A stretch of 64,000 nt of DNA, taken from positions 60,326,001-60,390,000 of the forward strand of contig NC_043001.1 of NCBI RefSeq assembly GCF_006345805.1, read 5' to 3'. Shown here in pieces: positions 41,684-55,769 of the stretch. This DNA comes from Octopus sinensis. Taxonomy: Eukaryota. The position numbers were made by a program, and so were the translations under genes. The notes beneath the pieces are model-generated. The model saw only the letters and a list, made by a program, of their open reading frames with translations, made no database searches and was not told where the DNA came from. Within the stretch, counting starts at the first letter, position 1; every line of letters begins with the position of its first letter.

Positions 41684-42840
41684 GTGGTGTGGTGTGTGTG
41701 TGTATTCGCTCTGAAGTATATAAGAATATACTAAGTAAAATATAGTAGTAGAATAATAACGGTATATCCTTAGTAAAATGCGTTTTGTAAATTGATATCC
41801 TTTCCGGTGAAATGTTCACTTTAATGTTATGAATAAACATACTTGCAGTAATCGACCGCATAGAAGGCACCAGAAATGTCCTCAAATATGCAATATCTCA
41901 TATGGTAAGGATTTCGACTCCCACCGCATAGTGAACTGAAAGGAGAAAATTACATAATGATATTGCTTACCCAAAACATCTGTTTTCAATATACAATCTT
42001 TTTGTGCTCGGCACTGTTGTGAAATTTGCTCTGAGCTATTTTCAAAATCAGTAAAATCTATAACATTTTATATCGCAATGTTATATTATTAAATGCATAT
42101 ATTTCACATTCTTAAGTCATCTAAGTAACATACTATTTTTAAGACGTTGATGGCACAAACACGTACATAAATTAGATAAAAACGTAAATTTTCTGCGCAA
42201 ATAAAGAAGCCTTTCCATTTATCGTCTAGACATTTTTGCTGCCAAATTACGAAGATACGTGAACTGCATATCAGCATTAGGACACACAGTGTAATTAAAG
42301 TAATTGCCATTTATGTAGCTACTAACGTCTATATCAAATAATTTCATGGCAAAATAAATAATAATTCCTCCCATGTCTCTAAAGTAGTGATTGAGAGTCT
42401 TAGGCTTCACTGCTACATTAACCATATAATTAATCTAATTGACTTCAAGATTTAATTCATTCCTTGCAGTTATTTTGTATTATACATTTTTTATTACCCA
42501 ACTTTAATTGCCAATAAAAGCATGGAAGGGTGTCACCAAATTAAACGCTGTAAAATCACTGAAATTTAATTTTAGCTTTAAATTGTTTAGGCATCAAACA
42601 TGCTGAATCGTGGGGAATTCCAATATACGTTTCTAAATGTACGTCCATCAACTTTTCTCCCACACATCCTTAAATTCATGTACACACACATAAACACAAA
42701 CACACAAATATACACACGAACACATACACACATCAAAAGGTGCACTGCTTTCTCCATAACTTCCAGTTTGTCTCCCTCCGTATACTTATCTGTCTGTTTA
42801 TCTCTCTCACTCTCTCATTCACACTGTCTCTCTCTCTACA

Positions 42841-42884
<44 letters not shown>

Positions 42885-43247
42885 TATATATATATATATG
42901 AGATATTTAGAGATTTAATATTTCTGTTATTTGTGATCAGTGAATTTACTTCACTGAAATTATATATGTTTGCAAAGTCTAGACAGGTATCTTTAACCAC
43001 CTAGCAAGCCATGCTTCTCCGGATTGATGACGAGCAAGACTAAGAAACATGTCTCTGGATGAAGGCTTAGCTGGATGGGAGGACTTGTCTCCCCTTTGTA
43101 AACATAAGGACACAGGAAATGTGTCAAGGCCGACAGGAAGCGTTGATGCTTCCTAGGGCTAAATAGCGGTGTTGTGATTCACTTTATGGGAGTGTCACGT
43201 TAAGTTGACAGTATGCAACTGCTTTATCGTTCCACCAGATATTTAGA

Positions 43248-43329
<82 letters not shown>

Positions 43330-43827
43330 TATGCTTATATATAATAATAATAATTTGAGGGAATATTATTCCAAACTTACAGGGAAAAATTCAATTTAGA
43401 AATACTAAATCAAATTTCACAAAATATATTTTCTAAAAATTAGAAAAAACACCTTTTATCACTTCAAAATAAACAATTAAATTACACCATCTAGAAAATT
43501 ACATATAACAGAAATATCAAAATTAAAATAACAATAATATACCAATGATTTAGTAAATTCCAAAATAATAATAAAAACGTATATATTTGGTAGAATAACG
43601 ACACGTGCTTCCTGGCAATATTTAAGAAATGATTATAGTAAAAAATAATAGTAGTAGTAAAATCACTTCGATATAAGTATAGCTACTCATCAGGTTAAAA
43701 ATATACTAGAATAATAAAATAATTAATTAAACAATATACATTAAAATATACGTATATATATATATATATAGATAGATAGATATATATATATTCTTTTACT
43801 CTTTTACTCTTTTACTCTTTTACTCTT

Positions 43828-44966
43828 TTAATTATTAGGTGGTATATTTATTAAGTAGTATTAAATTAATTGATATTATATTAATTGATATTTAGTCAAC
43901 TATATTATAGAGTGATATACTAAATCTATAGATACTCTTTTACTTTTACTCTTTTACTTGTCTCAGTCATTTGACTGCGGCCATGCTGGAGCACCGCCTT
44001 TAGTCGAGCAAAGGACTTATTCTTTGTAAGCCCAGTACTTATTCTATCGGTCTCTTTTGCCGAACCGCTAAGTGACGGGGACGTAAACACACCAGCATCG
44101 GTTGTCAAGCAATACTAGGGGGACAAACACAGACACACAAACATACACACACACTTATATATATATACATATATACGACAGGCTTCTTTTAGTTTCCGTC
44201 TACCAAATCCACTCACAAGGCATTGGTCGGCCCGGGGTTATAGCAGAAGACACTTGCCCAGATACTAAATATACATTAAGTGAAGACTAAAAACAATACT
44301 TAAATTATTCAATACTTTGAAATTAATTAATATACACAATGCTAGTACAAGCCATTAATATCGTACACAAAATAAGAAATGTTTCAAATGTAGACTCATT
44401 AAATAAGCTAACTATATAATTAATATGTGCGTAGTATAGGCGCAGGAGTGGCTGTGTGGTAAGTAGCTTGCTAACCAACCTCATGGTTCCGGGTTCAGTC
44501 CCACTGCGTGGCATCTTGGGCATGTGTCTTCTGCTATAGCCCCGGGCCGACCAATGCCTTGTGAGTGGATTTGGTAGACGGAAACTGAAAGAAGCCTGTC
44601 GTATATATGTATATATATATATATATATATATGTATGCGTGTTTGTGTGTCTGTGTTTGTCCCCCTAGCATTGCTTGACAACCGATGCTGGTGTGTTTAC
44701 GTTCCCGTCACTTAGCGGTTCGGCAAAAAGAGACCGATAGAATAAGTACTGGGCTTACAAAGAATAAGTCCCGGGGTCGATTTGCTCGACTAAAGGCGGT
44801 GCTCCAGCATGGCCGCAGTCAAATGACTGAAACAAGTAAAAGAGTAAAAGTAAAAGAGTATCTATAGATTTAGTATATCACTCTATAATATAGTTGACTA
44901 AATATCAATTAATATAATATCAATTAATTTAATACTACTTAATAAATATACCACCTAATAATTAAA
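43828..44966. repeat. inverted duplication of a SINE 3' portion plus ~100 bp of flank
   Basis: 43828-44260 mirrors ~44518-44966, including the non-SINE tattaggtggtatatttattaagtag.. block. Confidence 0.92.
44439..44860 (+). mobile_element. full-length octopus-type tRNA-derived SINE
   Basis: A/B-box head ggcgcaggagtggctgtgtggtaag..ggttcagtccc; (agtaaaag)n tail. Confidence 0.95.
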
Positions 44967-45232
44967 TAATATATTGTCTAACAAAATTAATTCTCAAATT
45001 AAATTAAATGTCATACGTTAGATCCCTTTATAACAAAAAATCTAAATAAATAGATATAATAATTAATATCTATCGTACATTATAACTATTAATGGCGAAA
45101 ACTATTTACTAAAGGAAGGTAGGAAACATTTAAGCCCCATAAATTAAAGAAAGGTGCAAAAATATTAGAACAAATGAACAATACACTATGAAGCTATTCA
45201 ACCACAACCGACAGTCCTCTACAAATCCTGTC

Positions 45233-45327
<95 letters not shown>

Positions 45328-46124
45328 TAATAATAACAATGATCAAACTCAAAATAATACAAGATCCAAATGATATTGATAAACAAACTATGATACGTAG
45401 TTCAACGATTAAATTAATCTATCTGGATTTTAAATGTATAAAAATGTTTTAGCGTCTATATATTAATATATATAATGCTATTACTAGTCATGAATAATAC
45501 AATCAAAAATAGGAAATAGTTCAAATATACACAAATCCATTATATAAACTAACTATATTATTAATATCTATGTGTAATATCTATATATTTAATATTTCCC
45601 ACGATAATAAAGTTAAAACATAATATTAATAAAAATAAAAACTAATTTACTTAAATGTAATACTACTTAATAAAAATATTACCTAATTATTAAAGAATGT
45701 ATAGTCTAACGAAACTACTTCTCAAATTAAATTATCTGTAAAACGTTAAATTCCTTTAAAAAAATTAATAGATATCATATCTAATATCGAACGTAAAAAA
45801 TAACTATCAAGAAACTATAAATAAATAATTATATTTCAACAATAATAATAATAATAATGATTTCAAATCCAAAACGATTCCAAATCCAAATGAAATAGAT
45901 AACAAATAAAATGTAACTTAACTTGGCGAAGGAAAAATTTTATCTGAATTTAAACGTAAAAATAGTTAAGAACGTTTATAAAATTTAACGCGTGAATACA
46001 TAGTGCAAAGAAATAGAATAAATACTCAATGAAAATGGCAAATCATTTTTTTCAATGAAAAATACGAAAAAAAAAAATGAAAAAGCATTTAAGCCTCATG
46101 AACTAAAGGAAGGTGAGAAAAATA

Positions 46125-46182
<58 letters not shown>

Positions 46183-46292
46183 GTGTGTGTGTGTGTGTGG
46201 TGTGTGTGTAGTTATATGTATATATATGTGTTGTGTGGTTGGGAAGAAGCTTTACCACATAGCCATGCCTGCGCATATATATATGTATATGA

Positions 46293-46331
<39 letters not shown>

Positions 46332-46443
46332 GTGTGTGTGTGTGTGTAGTTATATGTATATATATGTGTGTGTGGTTGGGAAGAAGCTTCTTACCACATA
46401 GCCATGCCTGCGCATATATATATGTATATGAGTGTATATATAT

Positions 46444-46477
<34 letters not shown>

Positions 46478-46519
46478 ATATATATATATATATACAATAA
46501 TATGTTACATTACACGATA

Positions 46520-48905
46520 GTCAAGATAAAACTCTGAGTTTCAGATGCCGAAGTGGGAATCCACGACATCTCTTCGGTTATCTGGCTATTTGAAAACGCT
46601 ACGAAAAAATACCGTTATACAAAAGGAAATTACTGTGTTATAACTCTGCTTGCCTGCGTTCTTATACATCGCTCGCATTTTCGCCATAAAAATTATATAA
46701 AAATACATAAAAAATATATAAAAGATATATAAATATATATATAAAATGTATGATAGAAGGTGTGATGAGGTAAAAAAAACCTTCTTGGGACATAACATAG
46801 AAAGCATGTTCTATCTGTTTTCTTTAGGGGACCAAAAACGTAACAGAAATTTAGTCACATATGGGCATGATCCGAAAAGTTCTGTCCTTGTGTTTAGACA
46901 TGTAGTAGGGTCTAAGCTGCTTTTTCAGATAAGCCATCTCTCCATGTCGCATAGACCGCACCTTCCGCTGCCGTTGGTATAGGGATTACATCTGGCCAAA
47001 AACTTCCAATGTATGTTATAATCGACACCTTTATCTCTTACCAGTGCCTAAAGCTCAAAGTATGGTTACTGAACCTGGCCTTGAAGTTACCCTCTGTAAG
47101 GCCCACGTATTTCTTCGTCGAAACGGTGTCTTTAGTGGTTATAGAGTCTACGGTAGCTTCATATATGATGGTCTTGGACATGCAAGCTCCATTTAGCGGG
47201 CACAATTCTTTATTCCTGCATGAACAGCTGTTTTCTTGTTGTTGTTTTTGTATGCTATGTTTGATTATGTTTTTAAAATTGGTAGTGGAACTAAAAGTAA
47301 TTTTTAAATTGTGTCTATTGAAGAGTTTCCTATAATTATGGTTAACTGGAAAATGTCTATCTATCAGTGCTAGGAAATATTTACCTATATTGAAGGCCAC
47401 CTCGGGTGAGTAAGGGGGCGTAAACCAGATGACCTTCCTATTTCTATTATTCCTTTTCCTAACTGTTGGGCTAGTAATGGGTGTATATTTTATTTTATCT
47501 CTAAAACCACTATCTTTTAAAGCCTTATTATAAACTGGGGCAACGATATTGAAGATGTCCTTATCAGAGGAGAGGCTAGAAATCCTCTTACTAATATTTT
47601 AAACTAAATTTTTGAATACTATAGGGGGATGGGATGAACCTACATTAATATAACTTAGTCTATCATTGGGCTTCCTATAAGGCTTATAAATATTCTTATT
47701 AAGATCTAAGGAAACGTCTAAGAAATTGACAACCGTCAGGTTAGTATCTATAATTATACTAAGTCCGAAGTATTTCATTAACTGGATAATATCCTTCCTA
47801 AAACGATCTTGTGCTGGTCCATTTGTATTAGCTGTTAAGGCGAGGGCGTCATCTTTATAGATGGCGAAATGTACGCCAGGGAATGTCTTACCTAAGGTAT
47901 TTAGGAGAAAAAGTCCAATTAGATCGCAGATGCCTGCCCCATCATATGAACCCATGCTCACATCGAAAGCGCCCTCTGTGTCGGTACTTTTTACCCACTT
48001 TGCGTTCTCACTGAAAATTAAGGTCTTTCTAGCATGGAAGATTATGTCCTTATCATTTGTACTAATTTCTATGAAGTCGCTAGCGATGACGAGGGCTTTA
48101 TCTAGCAGTTCTTTAGAGATAGAGGCATAAAAATCAACAATATCGAATTGTGTAAACCTCGCTTTTTTCTTATTCTTAATGGCTTTAAACCAGTCTACGA
48201 CTTCTATACTATTGGACCATTGTACTAGCCTAGTATCGGTCTTAATTTTCGCATTTATTTTATCTAAAATTTCTTTACTAACAATCCCAAATTCTGACTT
48301 GGTTGGGTTGATAAGCCTACATTTAGGGTTGGAAAGGAAGTTTTCTTTCTGATCTTTAATAGTAATAAAGGCTTCTTTTTTTTGGGGGGGAGGACTTCTA
48401 TTTTTTTTATCTAATTTAAGTTTAGCGGCGATGACGCTAGCTTCTTTATTAATTTCGTTATATGTCTGTGCCCTAGCCTTAGTGTAATTATTAATGATGC
48501 TGTTGTGTAAGAGTTGTGTGTATTTGCTGTTATCTACCAGGTATAAGTGTTTAGTTTTGTCCGAAAAAAGTGCTTTTTTCTTGGAACTTTTTATATGTTC
48601 AATATCTTTTTTCAATTTATGCTGGAAATCGTTAAAAGACTTACGAAATTTTATTTTGCTCATAATTTTCAGCAGGTCCGCTTCGAAATCTTCCAAGCCT
48701 TTAATCCTGGGAGGGAATTTTGGGGATTTTATACGATAGAAAGTGTTTTCCGTGGTGTCCGCTTCTGTATCAAAAAAGAAAGCCTTCCATCTCATGCGCT
48801 TAATTAGATCAGTAATTTTCTGTAGAAGTTTCTTAGAGTAAAATTCCTTTGATGGGATCGGTATATTTCTCATAGAATAATCTATGTGATATGCATCCAT
48901 ATTAA
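46520..48905 (-). mobile_element. Penelope-like element (Naiad-like): RT plus C-terminal GIY-YIG, frameshifted
   Basis: ORF 47599-48900: NIPIPS..MRWKAFFF, RLINPTKS, FDIVDFY, MGSYDGA, YKDDAL, FLDVSL. ORF 47038-47400: CSCRNKELCPLNGAC..IIY..YVGLT. The 3' UTR holds an HHR-like motif at 46525-46582. Confidence 0.92.
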
Positions 48906-48909
48906 ATTC

Positions 48910-49985
48910 TTCCGACCAGGAAGAAGCTGCCTCACACAGCTCCTACAGCACTATATACTGGGTTTTAAAACAGATGCTTCACCATTCAGATGTCGGTGTG
49001 ATATACCTTAACTTCCCAAAGACATTTGATAAGGTAGATCATGGCATTATAAGTCATGAGCTACGAGAACTTGGCATTGCTGGTAAACTGGGAGATTGGC
49101 TGCATGACTTCCTTATAAACAGAAGTCAGGTAGTTGCAGCCAATGGCGCCCTTTCTGAGGAAACCCAAATCCTAAGCGGTGTCCCCAGAGAACAGTTCTG
49201 GGGACATTACTATTTATAATAGCCCTCTTAGACTTGCCCACAGTCACTCGGATAGCTTACCGTCACTAGCTATGCGATGATATAAAATTATCACATTTGT
49301 AATAAAAAGCCAAGATGATGTCACAAACTTACAGCGAGGCCTAAACTCAATATACAAGCGGGCTGAAATAAAATACATACAGTTTAATGCTGGAAAATGT
49401 CAAGCACTGCACTATCAACTCACGAATACAGTACAATCTACATTTAGAAGGCCCGAAGACACTACAATCCCAGAGTCACAAACAATGAAAGACTTGGAGA
49501 TCAGTATCTGCAATGACGCATCATTTCATATGCACATAAGCAAGATGGCAGCAAAGTGCAGACAACTAGCAGGTTGGATACTGAGGTCCTTCAAGACAAG
49601 AGACCAAGAAACTATGCTGACCCTGTGGAGAACCTTTGTTCTCAGCCGCCTGGCCAAAGGCTCCCAGTTTTGGTAACCACATAGGGCCAAACTGACAGCG
49701 GAGCTTGAAGCACTCCAACGCCACTACGCTAAAAAAACTGAAACAGTGCAACATATGAGTTACAGGGATAGGCTGAGTAAAATACAGCTTTACTCCCTGG
49801 AGTGAAGGCGTGAGACATATACAAAAATATACATATGGAAAATCCTAGAAGGGCTAGTATCGAAGTTTGGCATTGAATGTTATATTAATGTCAGAAATAG
49901 CCGCCATTGCATTGTACTGAAGGTACCATCCAAACAGTCTAAATTCAGGATCAACTACTGTTTCAGCAACAACAAGAATTCAATT
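48910..49985 (+). pseudogene. CR1/L2-like LINE RT fragment
   Basis: YLNFPKTFDKVDH..GIAGKL..RSQVV..SGVP; DLEISI..GWILRSFKTRD..LSRL. Confidence 0.88.
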
Positions 49986-50039
49986 GTGTGGATGCTTAAG
50001 TAGGAAGGAGAGGTTGATGTAGGGGTTTATATGTATATG

Positions 50040-50224
50040 TTTACCTATATATTTAAGAGATGAGGAGTTATATACATTATTTTTATTATTTACATTATTT
50101 ACGTTTGACGGATACTTGTCCTTATCTTGTTTGTTGTTGACACAACGTTTCGGCTGATATACCCTCCAGCCTTCATCAGTTACTAAGGTATTTTTCGATG
50201 TTATTATTATTATTATTATTATTA

Positions 50225-50286
<62 letters not shown>

Positions 50287-50495
50287 ATTATTATTCAAGT
50301 CACTGCCTGGAATTGAACTCGGAATCTTGGGGTTAGTAGCGCGCGCTCTTAACCAACGGTTAAATGCACAGTTGTAATGGATGCTCTCACAGACGAGGGC
50401 ATTATTTACATTATTTACATTGTTTAAATTATTTACATTATTTACATTTTGACAGATATTTGTCTTCATCTTGTTTGTTGTCCTCATCTCTTAAA
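50040..50495 (-). mobile_element. second copy of the tRNA-headed/(AAT)n/hammerhead SINE-like element
   Basis: Head 50356-50298 (ttaagagcgcgcgctactaaccccaagattccgagttcaattcc); core CTGATGA-A-GGCTG..CAGCC-GAAAC GTT at 50179-50144; extra tail copy at 50400-50495. Confidence 0.8.
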
Positions 50496-50774
50496 TATAG
50501 AACTGTATTATCTAACCACTACTTTTCCCTTTATCTCTCTGCCTTCGCCCTTTTCTCTATGACATGCCTCTGTAAGTGAACAATCTGGTGTGTTTGTTTC
50601 AATGGCCTAAAAATGTATACAGCACGTTTCTCTGCCATGGGGGGGGGGGCAGGAATGCATTCGACAAGAAATGGAAACAGAATTGCAAGAAGATGCTAAT
50701 GAAAATAATAATAATGACAACCAGTGTGTGTGTGTATATGTGTGTGTACCAGTGGAGAGTGTGTTAGAGTAGGT

Positions 50775-51870
50775 GGTCATGTGAGTGGTTTTATGTGAAT
50801 GTGGGATTAGACAGGGTTGTGTGATGTCTCCGTGGCTGTTTAATTTATATATGTATGGTGTAGTGAAAGAGGTAAATGCTAGAACCCCTATTAGGGGAGC
50901 CCAAATGGTGAGAGGAAATGGAGAGAAATTGCAGGTGAGTCAGATGTTTGCTGATGATAACCCAGTGGCGGCGGATTCGGAAGAGCAACTGAGGAGACTG
51001 GTGGTAGAGTGTGTGATTGGAGGAAACCGAAAGTGAATGTAGCTAAGAGTAAGGTGATGAGATATTCGAGAGATGGAATGGCTGGTAGGAAGGATATGAG
51101 TATAATTCGTGAGATGTTAGAGCAGAAGAGCATTTTAAGTATCTGGGGTCACATGTGAAGGTGGATAGGAGGACGGCTGAGGAAGTACGATATAGAGTGA
51201 GAGATGGGTGTAAGATGCTTGGGGTTGTGAAAGGTATGCTAAGAGATAACAGGGTGAATATGAAAATGAAAAGAAGTATGTATGAGGGCGTGATTGTGCC
51301 GACAATGTTATATGGTGCAGAGACGTGGAGGCTGAGAGAGACAGAAAGGAGGCAACTAGATGTGTTTGAGTGGATATTCTAAGAGCTATGGTTGGTGCGT
51401 CACCGATGGACAGGATGAGGATTGAGGAGGTGCGAAAACGAAGTGGAATGAGAGATAAACTAACAACCAAATTGGATTAACGAATGTTGAGGTGGTTTGG
51501 CTACATTGAGAAGATGGATGAGGCGCAGATTGTAAGGAGGGTGATGAAGACAGAGCTCGGTTTGTGTGGATAGATGGTGTGAGAAAAGCTTTGGGATTTG
51601 AGGTGTTGGAGTGATAGAGGCAAGAGAGTTTATAAATTATAGGAACGCTTGGAGAGTGTTTGTGGACGGATATGTTAACTTGATGTAGCTCAAAGGGACA
51701 TGGAATCAGCATGATGCGGCGGGGCTAGACCAGCATATGCTGTCGGACGCCACTGCAGATATAGAGGTGTGCGTTCTATGCCTTGACCCGAGCATAGAAC
51801 AGGGTTTGCCCATTTGAGCTAGGAAATGGATGGAATGTCTGATGTGTGCCTTATTATGGCTACCCACTCC
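50775..51870 (+). pseudogene. RTE-clade LINE RT fragment with 3' UTR
   Basis: GIRQGCVMSPWLFNLYM, MFADD, FKYLGS, VIVPTMLYGAETW. Confidence 0.9.
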
Positions 51871-51894
51871 TAAAAAAGAATAAGGAATATGCCT

Positions 51895-52210
51895 TGGTAA
51901 CGATCGTGAGGTTGTGAGCTCGAATCCCGGACCGGGCTGCGTGTTGTGTTCTTGAGCAAGGCACTTTATTTCACGTTGCTCCAGTTCCCTCAGCTGTAGA
52001 AATGAGTTGCGACGTCATGGGTGCCAAACTGTATCGACCTTTGTCTTTCCCTTGGATAACACTGGTGGCGTGGAGAGGGGAGGCTGGTATGCATGGGCGA
52101 CTGCTGGCCTTCCATAAACAACCTTGCCCGGACTTGTGTCTAGGAGGGTAACTTTCTAGGTGCAATCCCATGGTCATTCATGACCGAAGGGGGTCTTTAC
52201 CCCTTTATAC
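51895..52210 (+). mobile_element. third SINE family with cttgagcaaggcact central domain
   Basis: gagctcgaatccc B box; cttgagcaaggcactttatttcacgttgctccag is typical of conserved-domain SINEs. Confidence 0.75.
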
Positions 52211-55099
52211 TGAGTCTAAAACGACACTGAAATTGACTTCAGGTAATGAAAAATAATGACATGAAGAGTTTACCAACAGTTCACGAATGTTGCTTTGAAT
52301 CTCTAGCAGTTCGCAGTCAGAAGATGTCGCGATGTAAGGCAGATAAATGATAAATAGAAAAATGTGAAAACAACGAAAAAAATATTCTGTAATACAAGTA
52401 TACGAACATATAGATTATAAAAGCATGGAAAACAGACAAAATAAATAGACAACATCCTTTCACTTTTTTTTCTCTGGCCAAAACACTCAAACACAAAAAA
52501 AAACCAATATAAACAAAATATATAGAAAGAAATAATACACAATTACAACATATATAAAAATGATAAATAAACATAGTCTTTGGACTAAATTTTTACACGC
52601 TAGGCCAGTGGATGTGAACATTTCTATTAATTTCCATTTCCCTTCGATATGATTAAGTATTGTAAGTTTTTGGATAATTTTCGAATTTTAAAAGTTCACA
52701 TCTTTTTATTGCCGACGAGGGGCTGATTTGAAAAAGAAATAGGCTGTATAAACAAGAGACATATAATCGATTGCCTCGTGTTTATATATGTTATCTGAGG
52801 TGTACCTGTTGATGACGATTTCACCTAGCAAATTATCTTATTTGCTAAACTAAAATCAGAAACCAATCGGTCAAGGAATCTAGATGGTAAAAGTTTTTAT
52901 TTTTCATTTCGTTTCTTTCGAAATTTTGATACCTAAATTTGTGGTTTTAGAACCTAGCTGTTCGTTCTAGCGTGAGGAATCGCATGACTGGATTCCTCTT
53001 ATGTGTATAATTGTACACTGTATTTTATATATATATATGTGTTTGTGTGTGTGTGTGTGTGTGTGCGTGTGCGTGCGTGTGTGCGCGCGTGTGTGTGTGT
53101 GTGTGTAGGGAGAGTCCAAATATTATATATTTCTATTATAATATCATTTCTTTGTAAGTATGAAAGCATTAAATTACAAACATATTGGTTTAAAGGGAAT
53201 CATTTCCCTTGAAAAACAAGAAAATTCTATTTATTTATATAAAAATTAGTATAGATAAAAATTATTCTTGGATAAGTTATATTTATTGTACACCATATTA
53301 AAAACATGCTTTGTAAATAACTTCTCTGAAATTATGTTCCTTCTATTCCTATAAGTATGTTCCAGTAAGTATAAATACATATAATCGTCACGATGCGATA
53401 TTTCTCCTCTAAAAAAACTGATTTTAATTTTAGCAGTATTCTTTTTAGTATGAAAATGAGAATTATAAGGACATTTATGAAGTCCTTATGATTAAATTTT
53501 CTTTTTTTGGATAACTGATTAATTCAACGTTTATTTCATTTTTACGATATTATAATATATTTTAGAAAGTTTCTTTCTTATAGAAACTACGTAATTTTTA
53601 ATTATTAATCTTCGATTTTTAGTAAGGATTATTATAAATAATTACTGTAAGGAAATTTATGATATTATTTTCTATTTGACTAGAGATGATAATGTATTTT
53701 TGATATTATGTTTGTATGCATGTATGTTTGTGTGCGTGCGTGTGTGCGTGTACGTGTGTATGTGAAAACATTTTTATAACAAAATATTGTAGCATATTTT
53801 TAATAATTAAGAAAATCTCAAACGCCAGAGTACAGCTGTGAAAACAGCTTTGGAAATCGCCAAAAGTACCTATTTATATATATATGCGTACGATTTTTCT
53901 TTGAGTTATATTTAAGTTTGAGAGACCTCAAGTCGGTCGCGAAGAGAGCGACCAGAGGTTTTGAGTTGAGAACACCCAATGTTTGTAAATATGCCCCCGT
54001 GTTTATATGTTGGTTGAACTGTCGAAGTGTGTGTGTCTATTGACATAAGAATCTGAGATGGAAAATATTTGGAATATTTGTATGTATGTATGTATGTATA
54101 TATGCATGTCTGTGTATATGTATATATGTATATAACAATGGAAGTTTATGAATAGCATCCAATTTAAATAAGACGTGGAACTGAATGCTAAGATTACGCA
54201 ATACATGACGTGCTGTTATAAAGTCTATGAACATTACATTTTTTGGCAGTCACATGCTAATTCGGTGGAGAGAAGGTAGTGCATTGGGATATATTCCTCT
54301 TTATATAAATGAATGCAAAAGTAACAAGAGTTGATTTCCAAAATTCATTTCACCGTTATTCAGTAGTCATTTAATTTCAATTTTCATTTGCTTTAAAACA
54401 TAAAATTAAAAGAATATTCTGATACTAAAGATCATGGTCTTTTGGAAATTGATCTACTGGATAAATATATTTAGCATTTCCCCTTGGAAAATTAAAACCA
54501 TTATTTAAAACCAGATTTAGAAGATAAATCGAGCGCATATGTTTGCAAATAAATTTGTTATAATGTATGTAACATGTTAGGTCATTTTTGTACCAATGGC
54601 ATAGGTGTATCGCTCAGCACATTTGTCATATTCTTACGTCACCTATTCCTGAGTTAGATTAAATGATAGGCAGCCAGGATCTCTAAAGAAATTCTTCATT
54701 TAATAATCGATTACCAGTTTTAAAATGATATATGTTTTCACTACCGCCACTTCGTATATCGATTTTCTCTACTCTATTTACTTCACTATATGCAATACAG
54801 ACACAGACACATGCGCACCCAACAACACATAATAACATATATAGATGGGCGTTTCGAATCTTGGATAGCTATGAGTGTCTGTGGATGTGTGTTTGCATCT
54901 ATGTATATATGTATATAGGAAAGCTATCAAATATCTGCTTCCAGTAATCCATCCATATTATAGTTAAAATCTACTGTTTCTTTCAAGTTTAGATGCATGT
55001 ATAGTAGTAGCTATATTAATATATATATATATATACATATAATATATATATGAATACATATATATATGTATATACACATACACATGCACATATATATTG

Positions 55100-55156
<57 letters not shown>

Positions 55157-55769
55157 TATATATATATATATATATTTATATATATTTAAATTTAACAATT
55201 AAGGATAACTTCTTAATAAGGAATCTTAACAAGAAAATTATCAGGTAGTTTTCTTATCCGACATGCAGTTCGAAAAAGCCCGCCATTTACCGGATATATG
55301 ATTTATAAACATTCCATGTGCTTGGCCGGAGTGAATAGATGTCTGTTCGTCTTCGCTAGGTAAGGTTGGTGGTTTATTTATGATGTGTTCAGAATCAGTT
55401 CTGCTGAGGATCATAGACGTAAGTTAAATGTGAAATCACGGTGATACAGAACTAAATTCATTTTTTAAATGTCTTGCTTTGAAGAACAGTAATTTATCGT
55501 AGTTGTTTACAAATAGCGAATTAAAACTTGAGAACAAAACATTAAAAATTAGACCGGGAGAGACTTTGCGGTTTTACGTCAATACCCGAAGTAGACATTG
55601 AGAAACATTTTGAAAGAAGTGAATGTGATGTAATAATATTCCAAGGTATATTTGTAGAGAATTTCATTAAAAAAATTATCCATTTTCTTGAAAGTGAAAA
55701 CTAATTTAAGTAGACTCCGGTGAATTTTCAGAAATCCCCCACTCCTAAATCACTTACGCACCCCCACAA

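Noticed and set aside
47190-47240. Selenocysteine-type Naiad endonuclease
   Set aside because: The CxC..C codons are sense Cys codons, with no in-frame TGA
52705-52760. gccgacgaggggc..gaaataggctgta hammerhead-like string
   Set aside because: Stem II and stem I do not pair
53925-53970. GC-rich hairpin ggtcgc-gaagaga-gcgacc
   Set aside because: An isolated short stem with no family or motif support
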